A stretch of DNA of 32,000 bases from Candidatus Thalassarchaeaceae archaeon. Its GTDB lineage: Archaea; Thermoplasmatota; Poseidoniia; Poseidoniales; Thalassarchaeaceae. The DNA lies in contig JBJLBP010000001.1 of assembly GCA_045568075.1 (NCBI GenBank), forward strand, positions 1,050,001-1,082,000, written 5' to 3'. Both the position numbers and the translations under genes were made by a program. The notes beneath the pieces are model-generated. The model made no database searches. It was not told the origin of the DNA and saw only the letters and a list, made by a program, of their open reading frames with translations. Positions 16,058-24,022 of the stretch are shown here, one piece after another; position 1 is the stretch's first letter; each line of letters opens with the position of its first letter.

Positions 16058-19000
16058 GCATCAGAAATTGTGATTGTGATAGTTGCCTGGTCAGAATCAC
16101 TAGCATCCAAAGCGGCAACAACCAATGTGTACGAAGTTGTAGTCTCGTAATCTATGTCACCGCTGTCAGCGACTGTGACCGCTCCGCCAGTAGATATAGC
16201 GAATGGACCAGTGCCATCTCCATCAGAATCAGTGTTACCTGAGATAATGGATACAGAGGAAGCTGTTCCTTCTGTGACTGCAGCAGTTACGACTGCGGCA
16301 CTGTTTGCCGCACTCTCACTCAGTGTAGCTGATGCATCGGCGATAGACAATCCGACATCAGTTACAGAGGCTGTGAAAGTCTGTGTAGCAGCATCATTAG
16401 TGCCGTCATCGATGACCACTGTGAACTCGTAGTTGTTGTCAGTGTCAGCATCAGCTGGAGCCTCGTAATTGGTAGTTGCTGCGTAAGTCAGCGATACAGT
16501 AGTACCTGAGATTGAACAGGTAATATCATCCTTGTCCGCACCCGCGAGAGTACACGAGTAAGAACCGACCGTGTCGGTGTCAACAATGGTGTATGTCTCG
16601 AAGGCACCAGTAGCCATTTCAGCGGAGCTAGGTGTCGAATCGACGCCTGTGAAAGTAGGTGTCTGGTCGTTAACGTCGGTAATTGATATTGTGAATGCCT
16701 CAACGTAAGCAGTGTTACTGCCATCAGCGACCTTCACGTAAACTGTGTAGGAAGTTGTGGTCTCGTAATTGAATCCGGGGCTGGATCCGACCTCGAGTAT
16801 AGCACTGTCAATTGCGAAGTCCGTGCCGCTGTATGCGGTGGCCCCACCAGAGTCGGTTACTAGCGTGTAGACGTGAGCGTTACCGGATGCGTCACCGTCT
16901 GTTGTAGACAGAGTTCCAATGTCCGTGCCAGCGGCTGCATTCTCAGCTGCACTGGTTGCGGATAGTGCCATGTCAGTGGGCGAGTTATCGTTGACGTTGG
17001 TCACCGTCACAGTGATTGTGTTGGTGTCGGATTGGCTGTTGGCCGTAGCCGTTACAATGACCGTGCAGGTGTTGGAGTTGTCACTGGCACCGCAGCCCGG
17101 ATCCTCAAAGTTCGGAGCAGAGGAGAAAGTCAGCACTCCGTTGGACGAGCCGATGGAGAACAGGTCGCTATCAGTACCTGATATCGTGTAAGTGATGGTG
17201 TCGCTTTCTGCATCAGTGGCCGTGTAGGTGCCGACGGCCTGTTGGTTCTCCGCGGCATCGACTGCGGTGGTTGCAACCGAGAATGCCGGTGCGTCGTCGA
17301 CGGCGTTGACCGTGATGGCCACTGTGTCGGCGGCGCCGTCGGCCCCGTCGTTGGGGGTCATGGTGAGGACCGCGTTGGTGTTGCTGTTGCTGGCGCTGGT
17401 CCAGGTGATGGTGGCTATTGCCAAGTTGATGTTGGCAACCGTGCCAGAGAAGACCATCGCGTTGTCAGCCGTACCGTCGCCGGTCGTGAAACTCAAGCCA
17501 GTGGTCTGAGCGAGCGAGTAGGTGCCGGATTGGGTGGAGGACATGGTGAACGAGTCCATCGAGGTGTCGTCGACATCCGCGATGGCGGATCCAGTGATGG
17601 AAATCGCTGTGTCCTCATTCCCTGAGACATCATCTGCGCTGACGCTCCAGGTCGGCACGTCGTTGACTGCCGCGAAGCTGGTCGTCATGACGTACGCGGC
17701 GCCGCTGGCCGTGTCGCTATCAGAGACCTTGTAGCTGAACGTGATGTCATCGGAGGCGTCGGCCGCGGGAGCCAGCTTCAGGTGCTGGATGTTGGCGTTG
17801 AGGATGACATCGTTGACCGCAACATCGGTCCATGATGAGCCGTCGGCAGACTTGGTGAGTGTGCCGGAGGACTCGAGCGCAGTGATCGTGATCGATACCA
17901 AGGCGCTGTCACCGCCGTCCACGTCAGTATACGGGAAGTCCGCTACCACGTAACCGGTGAAGGTGGTGTCCTCAGTCCCGGCCTGCGTCGATGGTGTGGA
18001 CGAAGTCGGTGCGTCGTTGGCTCCAGTAACGGTCACTGTAATGGTAACCGAGTCAGTGGTGCCAGCGCCATCTGAGACGACTGCAGTTAGAGTATCTGTT
18101 GGCGTGTCCTCGGGATCGAGTGCTTGGGTGTCGTCATCAGCATCGTCGATGGTCCATGTCCATGCTCCAGTAGCCTCTGTCAGAACCCAGTCACCATAGG
18201 TGCCCTCCTTTGTCTGTGTGTCGCCGGCATCGGTGCAGCCGCTGCACGACCATGTCAGAGTGTCGGAGTCGGCATCAGTTGCAACTAGCGTGTCGCCTGC
18301 GGCGCCACCAGAGTTCTCGGTGACGGCTCCAGTGTTGTCAGAGTCTGCGGCAACAGGGTCGTCGTCCACTGCTTGGTAGGTCATTGTGAATGTACCAGCG
18401 GAAGCTGCCCATGCATCGCCATCGTTCACGTTGAAGGTGAAGGTGACTGCGCCGTTCGCGTTGGATACTGGCACGTATGTGAGGCCGCCAAGGTTGCCCA
18501 CAGCGATATCCTGTCCTTGAGTTACGTCAGCATTTGAGTATCTCAGAGTGCCCGTTGCGGGTAGAGTAGTAATATCCACAGTCACTAGTGCGTCACCGGA
18601 GTCCACGTCGGAGTATCCCCAGTCGCTAGCGGTTGTGGTGAAGGTGTGCGTGGCGTCCTCATTCGGCGTAGCGCTGCCGCCAGAGGTGGTCGGAGCATCA
18701 TTGGTGTTCGAGATGACTATGTCGAAGTCGTCGTTCACGGAGGCCGCGCCGTCGGAGCAGGTCGTCCTCACGGAGAGTGTGCCGACGTTTGCGTTGAGTG
18801 GCGTACCGCCGTAGTTGCGGGAATTTGCGGTGAAGGTCAGCCATCCTGGCAGCGCACTTCCATCGGTCTGGGTGGACGTGTATGTGCACGCGGTACCCTC
18901 GACATCGGTGAAGACGTTTGCAGCGAAGGTGTAGTCGAGTACTGCGTCCTCGTTCACCGCTTGATTGGATTGTTCGTTGGCGACGGTCGGTGCGTCGTTC

Positions 19001-22000
19001 ACGGCCGCGAAGCTGGTCGTCATGACGTATGCGGCGCCGCTTGCCGTGTCGCTATCCGAGACCTTGAAGCTGAACGTGATGTCAGCGACCGCATTGGATG
19101 CGGGAGCCAGCTTCAGGTGCTGGATGTTGGCGTTGAGGATGACATCGTTGACCGCAACATCGGTCCATGATGAGCCGTCGGCAGACTTGGTGAGTGTGCC
19201 GGAGGACTCGAGCGCAGTGATCGTGATCGATACCAAGGCGCTGTCACCGCCGTCCACATCGGTGTACGGGAAGTCGGAGACGGCGTATGTGTACGTGTTG
19301 TCCTCAGTTCCAGATTCGGAACCGGCGGAGGAGGTCGGGGCGTCGTTGGCTCCAGTAACGGTCACTGTAATGGTAACCGAGTCAGTGGTGCCAGCGCCGT
19401 CTGAGACGACTGCAGTCAGAGTATCTGTTGGCGTGTCCTCGGGATCGAGTGCTTGGGTGTCGGAATCAGCATCGTCGATGGTCCATGTCCATGCTCCAGT
19501 AGCCTCTGTCAGAACCCAGTCACCATAGGTTCCCTCTTTTGTCTGTGTGGCGCCACCATCGGCACAGCCGCTGCACGACCATGTCAGAGTGTCGCCGGAG
19601 TCGGCATCAGTTGCAACTAGCGTGTCGCCTGCGGCGCCACCAGAGTTCTCGGTGACGGCTCCAGTGTTGTCAGAGTCTGCGGCAACAGGGTCGTCGTCCA
19701 CTGCTTGGTAGGTCATTGTGAATGTTCCAGGGGAAGCTGACCATGCATCGCCATCGTTCACTTTGAAGGTGAAGGTGACAGCGCCGTTCGCGTTGGATAC
19801 TGGCACGTATGTGAGGCCGCCAAGGTTGCCTATTGCGATGTCTTGCCCTACGGTTACGTCAGCATTTGAGTATCTCAGAGTGCCCGTTGCGGGTAGAGTA
19901 GTAATGTCCACAGTCACTAGTGCGTCGCCGGAGTCTACGTCAGTATATCCCCAGTCGCTAGCGGTTGTGGTGAAGGTATGCGTGGCGTCCTCATTCGGCG
20001 TAGCGCTGCCGCCAGTGGTGGTCGGAGCATCATTGGTGTTCGAGATAACTATGTCGAAATCGTCGGTTACTGAGAGAGTTCCTGCGCCATCATCGGTTGC
20101 AGTGACTCTGATCGTAATTGTACCAACGCCACCATTCAGAGGCGTGCCGCTGAATGTCCTAGAACCGGCATTAAAGCTTAGCCAGCTGTCTGATAGAGTA
20201 GATAGTGCGTTACCGTTTGACAGCGCTGCGGTGTAAGTCAGAGTATCGCCTTCTACATCGGTGAATGAACCACCTGCGAACTGGTAAGAGAGCGCTGAGT
20301 CCTCATTGACTGCTTGGTTGACCAGAGCGCTGGCTACTACCGGTGCATCGTTTTCAGCAGCGAAACTGGTCGTCATGACGTATGCGGCGCCGCTTGCCGT
20401 GTCGCTATCCGAGACCTTGAAGCTGAACGTGATGTCAGCAACCGCATTGGCTGCGGGAGCTAGCTTCAGGTACTGGATGTTGGCGTTGGTGATGACATCG
20501 TTGGCCGCAACATCGGTCCATGATGAGCCGTCGGTAGACTTGGTGAGTGTGCCGGAGGACTCGAGCACAGTGATCGTGATCGATACCAAGGCGCTGTCAC
20601 CCCCGTCCACATCGGTGTACGGGAAGTCGGAGACGGCGTAAGTGTACGTGGTGTCCTCGGTTCCAGATTCGGAACCGGCGGAGGAGGTCGGGGCGTCGTT
20701 GGCACCGGTGACGGTAACCGTCACGGTGATCGAGGCAGTGGTACCACCGCCGTCTGAGACGACTGCAGTCAGAGTATCTGTTGGCGTGTCCTCGGGATCG
20801 AGTGCTTGGGTGTCGGAATCAGCATCGTCGATGGTCCATGTCCATGCTCCAGTAGCCTCTGTCAGAACCCAGTCACCATAGGTTCCCTCTTTTGTCTGTG
20901 TGGCGCCACCATCGGCACAGCCGCTGCACGACCATGTCAGAGTGTCACCGTCGACATCGGATGCGACGAGTGTGTCACCTGCGGCGCCGCCGGAGTTTTC
21001 GGTGACGGCTCCGGTGTTGTCGGAGTTGGCGATAGTCGGGTCGTCATCGGCTGCGATGACGTTGACTGTCGAAGCAAGTGCAACTGTTACCGAATCGTCG
21101 CCAGAGTTGGCCGTGCCACCATTGTCCTGTAGTGTGGTGATAGTGATCACGCGGTCTGCGACATCAGTCGGGCTCTGATCGGTGTTCTTGTAGGCTAGAG
21201 CATTGATTAGAGTCTCCATCGCAGCCTCAGAAATACCGCCTGCATCAGCAGTCCAGGTGACTGTCGATGTGGCGCCGTCAACAGTTACAACTGCGGCACC
21301 AGAGTTGGTGGCGGTATTGGCAACGCAGGTCGCAGCCGTTGCGAGCAGACAGTCGGAGCCGTCTATCACAAGATACTCAGATGTGTCAGCGACGTTAGTC
21401 ACAGTAACTATGATTTTGAGATATGTCTGAGTTACTGTAGCATCAGAGTCAGCAGCAGCTGCAGAAGTGAACAGAGCTAGATTGCTTCCGTCCTCTGTGA
21501 AGTCGCCGGTCCCTATTCCTGATGCGGTCAGAGTGGGTTCGTCGTTGACTCCAGTGATTGTGATTGTATAGGTGTCCAGAGTGGTCGATACGGTGTCGGA
21601 CATCGTGATGTCGCAGGTGTGGTCGCCTACTCTGGCGTCAGTGATCTCACTCGCATCCGCTGTGAGTGCGCCTGTGGATGCGCCGCCGTTGTTCGTAACG
21701 GTGACCCAGTCAGGGCAAGTGGTACCCTCGGCGAATGTCACTTCGGTGCCCTCTTCGTCTGTAGCGGTCAGAGTGATGCTCAGAGCAGCTCCCTCGAGGA
21801 CGCTTCCTGCATCGACGGCACCGCCTCCGGTGTCGCCAGAGAGGTAAGGTGCGTCGTTGACCGCTGTCAGAGTGATTACGAACACGTCGGTAGCAGTTAG
21901 CGTTCCCGCACCATCGTCTGTAGTGGTACAGATGACGTTGTAGGTGCTGTCCGAATCATCGGAAGAAAGTAGATTTGCAGAAGCAGGAGTACCGGAAATT

Positions 22001-23874
22001 GTAGCCGAACCGCTTCCACCATCGCTGACTGCTATCCAGCCAGGTAGTGCGGAAGTGGCAGATCCAGCATTGTTCCTCTCCAAGCAAGTGATGGTCAAGT
22101 CGTCGTTATCTACGTCAGTTGAGGTGGCTGTGGCGAAACTGTAAGCCACATCCTCGTAAACCGTTTGATCGGCTGTTGCACCTGCACTAGGAGCATCATT
22201 AGCCGCTGATATGGTAATGGTCATTGTTCCAGTGGCTGAGTAGGCCTCACCGTCGTAGACCTGGTAAGTGAAAGTGTCTTGCCCGTTGTAGTTGGAAGAG
22301 CCAGTGTAGAACAAGTCGTCGAGGTTGGCTAATAGAATTACATCATTGGCCTCGCAAGCCGCGCTACCTTGAGTTGCACATGCGTTCTCATCGTCATCGG
22401 TCAGGGTACCTTGAGATGGTAGTGTGATCAACTTAACCGCTGTCATTGCATCTCCAGAGTCCACATCGCTGTAGCCCCAGTCACTGGATGCGGTCCACGA
22501 AACATATGCTGTATCCTCGGCTACGGTGGCGGTATCGCCAGCGTTCGAAGGTGCGTCATTGGTATTGGAAACCACTATGTCGAAGTCGTCGTTGACTGCG
22601 GAGGAGCCGTCATCAGTGCAGGTAGTCCTCACATTGACTGTGCCGACATCACCGTTAGCGGGAGTGCCGCTGTAAGTCCGTGTATTGGCTGTGAATGTTA
22701 GCCAGCTAGGTAAGGCGGCACCACCAGTTGTAGTGGAGGTGTATGTGCAGGAGTCTCCTGAGTCAACATCAGTGAACACGTTTGAGGCGAACTGGTATGA
22801 GAGTGCGGCGTCCTCGTTGACTGCCTGATTGTCCTGAGCATTAGCGACGGTTGGTGCGTCGTTAACTGGAGTCACAGAAATGGCCATTGTAGCTGCGGAG
22901 GTAGACCAAGCAGCTCCATCGTAAACATAGAAAGTGAATGAGTCGCTTGCTACCGAGTTGAGAGTTGTGGTGTAGAATAGATCATCCAACTTGGCTAGAA
23001 CGATGACGTCATTGATAGCACAGGCTGTTCCTGCACCACAAGCATCCTCATCGTCGTCAGTGAGGACACCATTGCTGGGTAGTGATGCAAGTTTGATTTG
23101 TGTCATTGCAGAGGATTCCGTGTCGCTGTATCCCCAGTCAGTGGATGCGGTCCATGAGACATACGCTTGGTCTTCAGTTACAGTAGCGGTGTCGCCAGCT
23201 GAAGTTGGAGGGTCGTTGACTGCTCCAACGGTAATCGCAACAGTGTCTGTAGTGCTGTCTCCGTCACCGTCGTTTGCAGTTAGTGAAAGCACGGCGTTGG
23301 CATTGGAGTTTGATGCACTAGTCCAAGTGATTGTGGCAATAGCCGTGTTGATGTTAGCTACTGTTCCTCCGAACACCATTGAGCTGTCGTCAGTACCATC
23401 ACCAGAAGCGAAAGAAAGACCAGATGTTGATGCTAGCGTAAATGTTCCACTCTGTGTGGTTGATATTGTCATCGAGTCGAGTGTGGTGTCATCGACATCT
23501 GCGATGGTTGAGCCAGTAATGTCTACCGCAACGTCCTCATTAGGTGCGACATCGTTAGCGGTGCCGCTCCATGTTGGAACATCGTTGACAGCTGACACCG
23601 TTGTTGTGAATACGTATGCAGGACTCAATGCCTGACTGTCATAGACCTTGAAACTAAATGTGACATCAGCTACACTGTTCGTAGCTGGTGTGAGTCTGAC
23701 ATGAGCACCGTCTGCGACATAATCGTCAGCTGCACAGTCGGCCCATGCTCCCCCTACTCCATTTGCATTGTAGCATTCCAAGTCTCCAGTACTCTCCAGA
23801 GTAGTGATGTGGAGTCTGTGTCCACGCAGTGTCGACATCGTCAACATCAGTGAAACTGAAGTCACTAGTTGCAA
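14218..23874 (-). CDS. largest fragment of giant adhesin: NDAP-delimited Ig/cadherin-like, He_PIG, VCBS-like and cadherin-like modules
   Basis: 3218-aa uninterrupted track ORF. The first ~20 residues are off-frame, and real sequence resumes at LHITTLESTGDLECYNANG. Modules are delimited by (V/T)NDAP/NDVP/NDQTP: VCBS-like (GTYGDWVLTEATGAWTWTIDDAD), He_PIG (ALPSWLTFTANTRTYSGTPANGDVGTVNVRTTCTDDG), ~100-aa adhesin repeats (TEDTTYTYAVSDFPYTDVDGGDSALVSITITVLESSGTL...ITFSFKVSDSD), then cadherin-like units. The tail ESPADDWHRQRLRHHYRFL is off-frame after the 14262 insertion. Confidence 0.9.
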   Translation of the reverse strand: MQLVTSVSLMLTMSTLRGHRLHITTLESTGDLECYNANGVGGAWADCAADDYVADGAHVRLTPATNSVADVTFSFKVYDSQALSPAYVFTTTVSAVNDVPTWSGTANDVAPNEDVAVDITGSTIADVDDTTLDSMTISTTQSGTFTLASTSGLSFASGDGTDDSSMVFGGTVANINTAIATITWTSASNSNANAVLSLTANDGDGDSTTDTVAITVGAVNDPPTSAGDTATVTEDQAYVSWTASTDWGYSDTESSAMTQIKLASLPSNGVLTDDDEDACGAGTACAINDVIVLAKLDDLFYTTTLNSVASDSFTFYVYDGAAWSTSAATMAISVTPVNDAPTVANAQDNQAVNEDAALSYQFASNVFTDVDSGDSCTYTSTTTGGAALPSWLTFTANTRTYSGTPANGDVGTVNVRTTCTDDGSSAVNDDFDIVVSNTNDAPSNAGDTATVAEDTAYVSWTASSDWGYSDVDSGDAMTAVKLITLPSQGTLTDDDENACATQGSAACEANDVILLANLDDLFYTGSSNYNGQDTFTYQVYDGEAYSATGTMTITISAANDAPSAGATADQTVYEDVAYSFATATSTDVDNDDLTITCLERNNAGSATSALPGWIAVSDGGSGSATISGTPASANLLSSDDSDSTYNVICTTTDDGAGTLTATDVFVITLTAVNDAPYLSGDTGGGAVDAGSVLEGAALSITLTATDEEGTEVTFAEGTTCPDWVTVTNNGGASTGALTADASEITDARVGDHTCDITMSDTVSTTLDTYTITITGVNDEPTLTASGIGTGDFTEDGSNLALFTSAAAADSDATVTQTYLKIIVTVTNVADTSEYLVIDGSDCLLATAATCVANTATNSGAAVVTVDGATSTVTWTADAGGISEAAMETLINALAYKNTDQSPTDVADRVITITTLQDNGGTANSGDDSVTVALASTVNVIAADDDPTIANSDNTGAVTENSGGAAGDTLVASDVDGDTLTWSCSGCADGGATQTKEGTYGDWVLTEATGAWTWTIDDADSDTQALDPEDTPTDTLTAVVSDGGGTTASITVTVTVTGANDAPTSSAGSESGTEDTTYTYAVSDFPYTDVDGGDSALVSITITVLESSGTLTKSTDGSSWTDVAANDVITNANIQYLKLAPAANAVADITFSFKVSDSDTASGAAYVMTTSFAAENDAPVVASALVNQAVNEDSALSYQFAGGSFTDVEGDTLTYTAALSNGNALSTLSDSWLSFNAGSRTFSGTPLNGGVGTITIRVTATDDGAGTLSVTDDFDIVISNTNDAPTTTGGSATPNEDATHTFTTTASDWGYTDVDSGDALVTVDITTLPATGTLRYSNADVTVGQDIAIGNLGGLTYVPVSNANGAVTFTFKVNDGDAWSASPGTFTMTYQAVDDDPVAADSDNTGAVTENSGGAAGDTLVATDADSGDTLTWSCSGCADGGATQTKEGTYGDWVLTEATGAWTWTIDDADSDTQALDPEDTPTDTLTAVVSDGAGTTDSVTITVTVTGANDAPTSSAGSESGTEDNTYTYAVSDFPYTDVDGGDSALVSITITALESSGTLTKSADGSSWTDVAVNDVILNANIQHLKLAPASNAVADITFSFKVSDSDTASGAAYVMTTSFAAVNDAPTVANEQSNQAVNEDAVLDYTFAANVFTDVEGTACTYTSTQTDGSALPGWLTFTANSRNYGGTPLNANVGTLSVRTTCSDGAASVNDDFDIVISNTNDAPTTSGGSATPNEDATHTFTTTASDWGYSDVDSGDALVTVDITTLPATGTLRYSNADVTQGQDIAVGNLGGLTYVPVSNANGAVTFTFNVNDGDAWAASAGTFTMTYQAVDDDPVAADSDNTGAVTENSGGAAGDTLVATDADSDTLTWSCSGCTDAGDTQTKEGTYGDWVLTEATGAWTWTIDDADDDTQALDPEDTPTDTLTAVVSDGAGTTDSVTITVTVTGANDAPTSSTPSTQAGTEDTTFTGYVVADFPYTDVDGGDSALVSITITALESSGTLTKSADGSSWTDVAVNDVILNANIQHLKLAPAADASDDITFSYKVSDSDTASGAAYVMTTSFAAVNDVPTWSVSADDVSGNEDTAISITGSAIADVDDTSMDSFTMSSTQSGTYSLAQTTGLSFTTGDGTADNAMVFSGTVANINLAIATITWTSASNSNTNAVLTMTPNDGADGAADTVAITVNAVDDAPAFSVATTAVDAAENQQAVGTYTATDAESDTITYTISGTDSDLFSIGSSNGVLTFSSAPNFEDPGCGASDNSNTCTVIVTATANSQSDTNTITVTVTNVNDNSPTDMALSATSAAENAAAGTDIGTLSTTDGDASGNAHVYTLVTDSGGATAYSGTDFAIDSAILEVGSSPGFNYETTTSYTVYVKVADGSNTAYVEAFTISITDVNDQTPTFTGVDSTPSSAEMATGAFETYTIVDTDTVGSYSCTLAGADKDDITCSISGTTVSLTYAATTNYEAPADADTDNNYEFTVVIDDGTNDAATQTFTASVTDVGLSIADASATLSESAANSAAVVTAAVTEGTASSVSIISGNTDSDGDGTGPFAISTGGAVTVADSGDIDYETTTSYTLVVAALDASDSDQATITITISDANDQTPSVSVASTYSHAEAAATTFQTYTITDSDTSGTYTCTLGGDDAADFSASISGKVCTVVWAAAPNYESPADDDTNNVYDITIAFSDGTNDLAAQTTAVTVTDVNDQTPSVSVASTYSHAEAAATTFQTYTITDSDTSGTYTCTLGGDDAADFSASISGKVCTVVWAAAPNYESPADDDTDNVYDITIAFSDGTNDLAAQTTAVTVTDANDQTPAVSVASTYSHAEAAATTFQTYTITDSDTSGTYTCTLGGDDAADFTASISGKVCTVVWAAAPNYESPADDDTDNVYDITIAFSDGTNDLAAQTTAVTVTDVNDQTPSVSVASTYSHAEAAATTFQTYTITDSDTSGTYTCTLGGDDAADFTASISGKVCTVVWAAAPNYESPADTGTNNVYDITIAFSDGTNDLAAQTTAVTVTDVNDQTPSVSVASTYSHAEAAATTFQTYTITDSDTSGTYTCTLGGDDAADFSASISGKVCTVVWAAAPNYESPADDDTDNVYDITIAFSDGTNDLAAQTTAVTVTDTNDQTPAVSVASTYSHAEAAATTFQTYTITDSDTSGTYTCTLGGDDAADFSASISGKVCTVVWAAAPNYESPADDWHRQRLRHHYRFL
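17640..21050 (-). repeat. supra-repeat, about 2.5 x 1.34 kb (445-451 aa, each unit = VCBS-like + adhesin repeat + He_PIG + adhesin repeat)
   Basis: The landmark gcgaa(g/a)ctggtcgtcatgacgta occurs at 17672, 19007 and 20360, with spacings 1335 and 1353 bp. At protein level, units start DDDPTIANSDNTG / DDDPVAADSDNTG / DDDPVAADSDNTG. A more diverged older copy of the same module order lies at 21,050..25,000. Confidence 0.8.
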
Positions 23875-24022
23875 AAGTCACTAGTGTGTCTTCATCCGTA
23901 GATCCTGAACCTGTACTAGAGGTCGGTGCATCGTTAGCACCAGTGATTGTGATTGTAATGACGATGGTGTCAGTTGCACCGCTGCCATCAGTGGCAGTCG
24001 CCGTTATTGTTTCTTGTGACAT
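23726..24022 (-). CDS. fragment of giant adhesin isolated between two frame breaks
   Basis: SQETITATATDGSGATDTIVITITITGANDAPTSSTGSGSTDEDTLVTFATSDFSFTDVDDVDTA matches the later in-frame sequence TDTLTAVVSDGGGTTASITVTVTVTGANDAPTSSAGSESGTEDTTYTYAVSDFPYTDVDGGDSA. The tail (WTQTPHHYSGEYWRLGMLQCKW) is off-frame. Confidence 0.75.
   Translation of the reverse strand: MSQETITATATDGSGATDTIVITITITGANDAPTSSTGSGSTDEDTLVTFATSDFSFTDVDDVDTAWTQTPHHYSGEYWRLGMLQCKWSRGSMGRLCS

Noticed and set aside
11366-16121. Family of about thirteen near-identical 78-aa minus-strand ORFs (MPRPQLRPSRPTPSPTPTPRAPTRARWAET...)
   Set aside because: They are an out-of-frame read of the 315-bp cadherin-like unit, repeated because the DNA is repeated. 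The sequence is Pro/Arg/Thr low complexity, and each is nested in the long in-frame ORF. There is no independent evidence for overlapping genes.
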